From contig OU015567.1 of assembly GCA_907165135.1 (NCBI GenBank), positions 434,001 through 498,000 of the forward strand: DNA of 64,000 nt, in the 5' to 3' direction. A program made the position numbers and the translations under genes. The notes under the pieces are model-generated. The model searched no databases. It saw only the letters and a list, made by a program, of their open reading frames with translations, and was not told the DNA's origin. Source of the stretch: Oikopleura dioica. Taxonomy: Eukaryota; Animalia; Chordata. Shown here in pieces: positions 60,829 through 64,000 of this stretch. Each line of letters begins with the position of its first letter. Position 1 is the stretch's first letter.

Positions 60829-62379
60829 ATGAAGATTTTTTCATCACTTTCCGTCATTGCTGCTGCTTTTGCATCCGACGACTCAACCGTTTCGCATTCA
60901 AGAAGCGCAAGAGCTAGGTTCAACAAAATCGCCCGAAACCAAGATCGGGTATTATCGGGTTTTTTAGGAGGTCGGAAAAATCGGATCGGGTTTTGTTGGA
61001 TTTTATCGGGTTTTTGTCGGGTCGGAAATCGGGTTTTTATCGGATTTTTGTCGGATTTTTGTCGGGTTTCCTACAAGCAAAAATTAAAAAAATCAAGTCA
61101 AAAGAAGGCCAAAAACTCATCTTGAGCGGATTTTTTCAACAATTTTCGAGGATCATTTATAATAATATTTAGATTTTTGTACATTTTCCCATTGTGCATC
61201 TCCTAATACGATAAAAACGCCTGGTCGAATACGGTAGAATAGAGAATAAATAATCCCACCCCTGTTTATATGTTTAGAAAGCTTAGACCTTGCTGAGTTG
61301 CAGTTTAGGGGGTTAGGCATTGCCGAGGTCACATGACCTCAAATAACCCATGGGGTTGAAAACAGGGCCGACTATTTTCCCGGGCGCCGAATTTCGCCCG
61401 ATTGCCCGATTTTGCCCGCCCGCCCGATTTTTTGCCCGACTTGCCCGGTCCCAACGTTCCACCCTGGTTGAAAATAGTGGGAGTACTAAAGCCTTCAAGC
61501 TCAGGCCTTTTCTGAAATTCTGCCCTCGAAATAGATCGCTGATTTCCAGGGACCTCGCCGAATTTCATTCTCTCAATTGCCAGAAGATAATCTTTGGTAA
61601 GATTAATGTGAATGTCCTCTAGAGCTCGTTTCCCCGGTTATGGAGGCAGTTCTCATCTATTTTGAGTGCATTTTGAGTAAAAAAGGGCTATTTAGACCGA
61701 CTGTGATTGACTGAAAAAGCAAGAAAAACCCGACGAAATTCCGACAAAATTCGACAAAAACTCGATCCTACGTCGGGTTTCGAAATTTTCAGAATCGGGT
61801 TTTGTAGGGTGAAAAAACCCGACAAAACCCGATAAATATCCGATGCGATATCGGGTTTTCCGGCCATCGGATTCCGATTTGTTGAACCTAGCGCAAGAGT
61901 TAGTAAGGCAGAAAAAGTGGCGGAAATGGAAGATGTCCTGTATTTATGCGATCGTAGAAATTTGGATGAAAATGATTGTGCACAAAAAGGAGTAGAAGAG
62001 CTCTTGCAGATTGCAGGAGATTATGACTGCTTCGTTTATACAAATCCAGCATCTTCATGGGGACAACTTCATGCAAAGATAGGTGATTCCTGGATGACCT
62101 GCAGTAAAGGCTCAGATAGAGAGGTTGACGAATCAGTATTCGAAGAATGGGTAAATTCTCTTTGTAATATATTTGTGAACATTTTAGTGTGATTTTTGCT
62201 CAAAATACTGTGATGACATTCGGTGCGCTCGAGAATGTTTAATGAGAACTGGAAAGCTCTTCTGCGGAGAAAATCCTGCAGCTCTGATTGTATCATCAAA
62301 TTATATTGGTGGCTGGACGTACGGAGGTGCTTACCACACGAGCAAATTTTCCAAAACTTGTGCCGCTTTTTGCCATTAG
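60829..62379 (+). CDS. Cys-rich secreted protein, paralog 5; exon 1 split by a TIR element; predicted exons 60829-60917, 61892-62150, 62188-62379
   Basis: The N-terminal 29 codons and the remainder both match paralogs 3 and 4. GT(60918)...AG(61891) splicing gives an open frame. Confidence 0.8.
60914..61891. mobile_element. Non-autonomous 8-bp-TSD TIR element (978 bp) within a coding exon
   Basis: TIR CTAGGTTCAACAAA / TTTGTTGAACCTAG. Exact TSD CGCAAGAG at 60906-60913 and 61892-61899. (A/G)TCGGGTTTT subterminal repeats at both ends. Confidence 0.9.
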
Positions 62380-63806
62380 GCCAATTTTAGAATAAACTTA
62401 TTGTTTTGCTGTTTGTCGAAATTAGGTCGGCTATTTCAATAATTATGAAAATTTACTATTTTGAATAAATGATGACATGTATCAAGCGTTATTTTGATTT
62501 CTTGGATATTCATACTTCTTGAAGTTTAGAATCTCTCTTATTTTAGAATTCACAAAAAACGAGCTCGAAAATATGACTCTTTTTATTTTTCGACTCGTGT
62601 TTTAAAGCGAGGCGGATTTCCGAGCATTACTTTCCCGCTCATGAAAATGTTACTTGAACCCCTTTTCGATCCGTTTTAATCCTCGTTGTGACCGCAAATT
62701 TCAGTTTTTCGCAAAATCGGAATAATAGAAGGCGCCACGAGCGAAATTTATTGTAATGCTGGATTTGGAGATGATCAAGTTCCTTTGTTAATATTTTCAG
62801 AATAAACATGGCTTCTTTTTGAGGAATGCTACAGTTGGTAATTACTTGAAGTTTTGTTGTTTCGACCCCTTCTCTTATGCATAAATGAGTGGTGACAAAG
62901 TACTTATTTTTTAAACGTTTTAAGCTTTCCTTTATCAAAATAAAAACGATGCTTGAATAAATAAGAGAAAAATTTGTGAAGGTAATATTTCATTTATTAA
63001 AACAGTAACTATAGCCAGTTATGATTTTGAAAGAAAAAGTAAGTTATTAATAATAATTTTTGAGTCAAATAATGAGCGCGCACATAGAGCTTCAGTTTCA
63101 TTACAAAAAAAAAAATTTGTCGTTAAAATCGAACAAGGAATTCCAGATATTGTTTCATTTCAGAGGCATTTTTAAAATATAAATCTTTGTCTGAAGGTTT
63201 TTTTATAGGTATTTTTATAGGTACTTCAGAATTAAAATTTCAGACACTGATGTACTTAGAGAAATAAAAATAAAAACTGTTTCATTTGAAAAACTGATTG
63301 TTTCTATTTTCCCTTCTGGTTATATACGAATTGTTACGCTCTGATACCTCATTTGATAACTATCGACTCCAGTGTGTACTATCTGCTCATCAGATTGCCT
63401 CTTATCATTTTGGCCATCATCTTCTTCTTCTTGTTGAAAATATTCGTTGCGCACTTGGACAATGGTATTCTACGAAAGATTTTTGTATGCAGAAGCAAGT
63501 GGCTGATCTTGAGTTCTGGATCGCGACATAAATTTATGGTCGCGCCTTTTTGAAAGTGCCAAGGGTTGAAAGCCGCAGCGAGCGGGATCTAACGTCACAA
63601 AAGAAGATAACTTGGTTTTTTTCCAAGGAGAAATTTCGGAAAGAATTTCAAGTAGAATCAATTATTCGCGATTTTTTTTTAATTTCTTGTAAAAAAAGCA
63701 AAAAAAAATTCTATTGTCTGATTGGCCTATGTGTAGAATACGGACATCTAATTGGTCAAAAAATTGACCAAAGTTTTGGTCGAGATTTGGGGCTGTGTCA
63801 AGAACT

Positions 63807-63927
63807 GACAAAAAATTTTGACAAATTTTGCGTGAAAATTTTCATCCAATCAAAATCCTGGATTCGGTTAACGGGCCAATCAGGAGCCAAGTAGCCGCCC
63901 ACGCAAAATTTGTCAAAATTTTTTGTC
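63807..63927. repeat. 28-bp perfect inverted repeat with CCAAT boxes nearby
   Basis: GACAAAAAATTTTGACAAATTTTGCGTG (63807-63834) and its reverse complement (63900-63927). Confidence 0.75.
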
Positions 63928-64000
63928 GGTTCCTGACGCCACCCCAAAATTTCCTCATTTTCAACCTCCCCTTTTGCTTAGAGTCAAGTTAAGTTATGAT

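Noticed and set aside
60940-61080. Regular ATCGGGTTTT repeats, also CCCACCAAA at 36560-36700
   Set aside because: Not CRISPR: no unique spacers, eukaryotic context, and they are transposon subterminal repeats.
63298-63553. Short ORFs, one with a hydrophobic stretch
   Set aside because: Conflicting frames and strands, with no supporting signals.

Overview
Eukaryotic, gene-dense, AT-rich animal DNA. It has very short introns (about 40-80 nt), at least two GA-AG introns that conserved motifs require, and tightly packed same-strand genes with splice-acceptor-like sites just upstream of the ATG. Together these point to the larvacean tunicate Oikopleura dioica (inference). Recognisable housekeeping genes are MOCS3 (3' part), an F-box gene, WDR20, TMTC1-like, NUP42, RARS2, SRPRB, INTS8, BTF3, UBE4A and COQ3. 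Also present are a claudin-like gene, a mucin-stalked trypsin-like protease, a FABP-like gene whose intron is filled by an antisense RING-finger gene, and a 5'-truncated MAM/galaxin-repeat gene. Orphan genes include a possible neuropeptide precursor, a TM microprotein and a five-copy tandem family of Cys-rich secreted proteins. There are many TIR/MITE elements. The most striking observation is two unrelated TIR elements with exact 8-bp TSDs inserted inside coding exons (INTS8 at 36531-38008; a secreted-protein paralog at 60914-61891). In both, the element ends in AG, and a donor at TIR position +5 leaves 4 nt + 8 nt TSD = 12 nt, so splicing would keep the reading frame. These are candidate hAT-type introners. 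All exon structures were read by hand and have no expression evidence.
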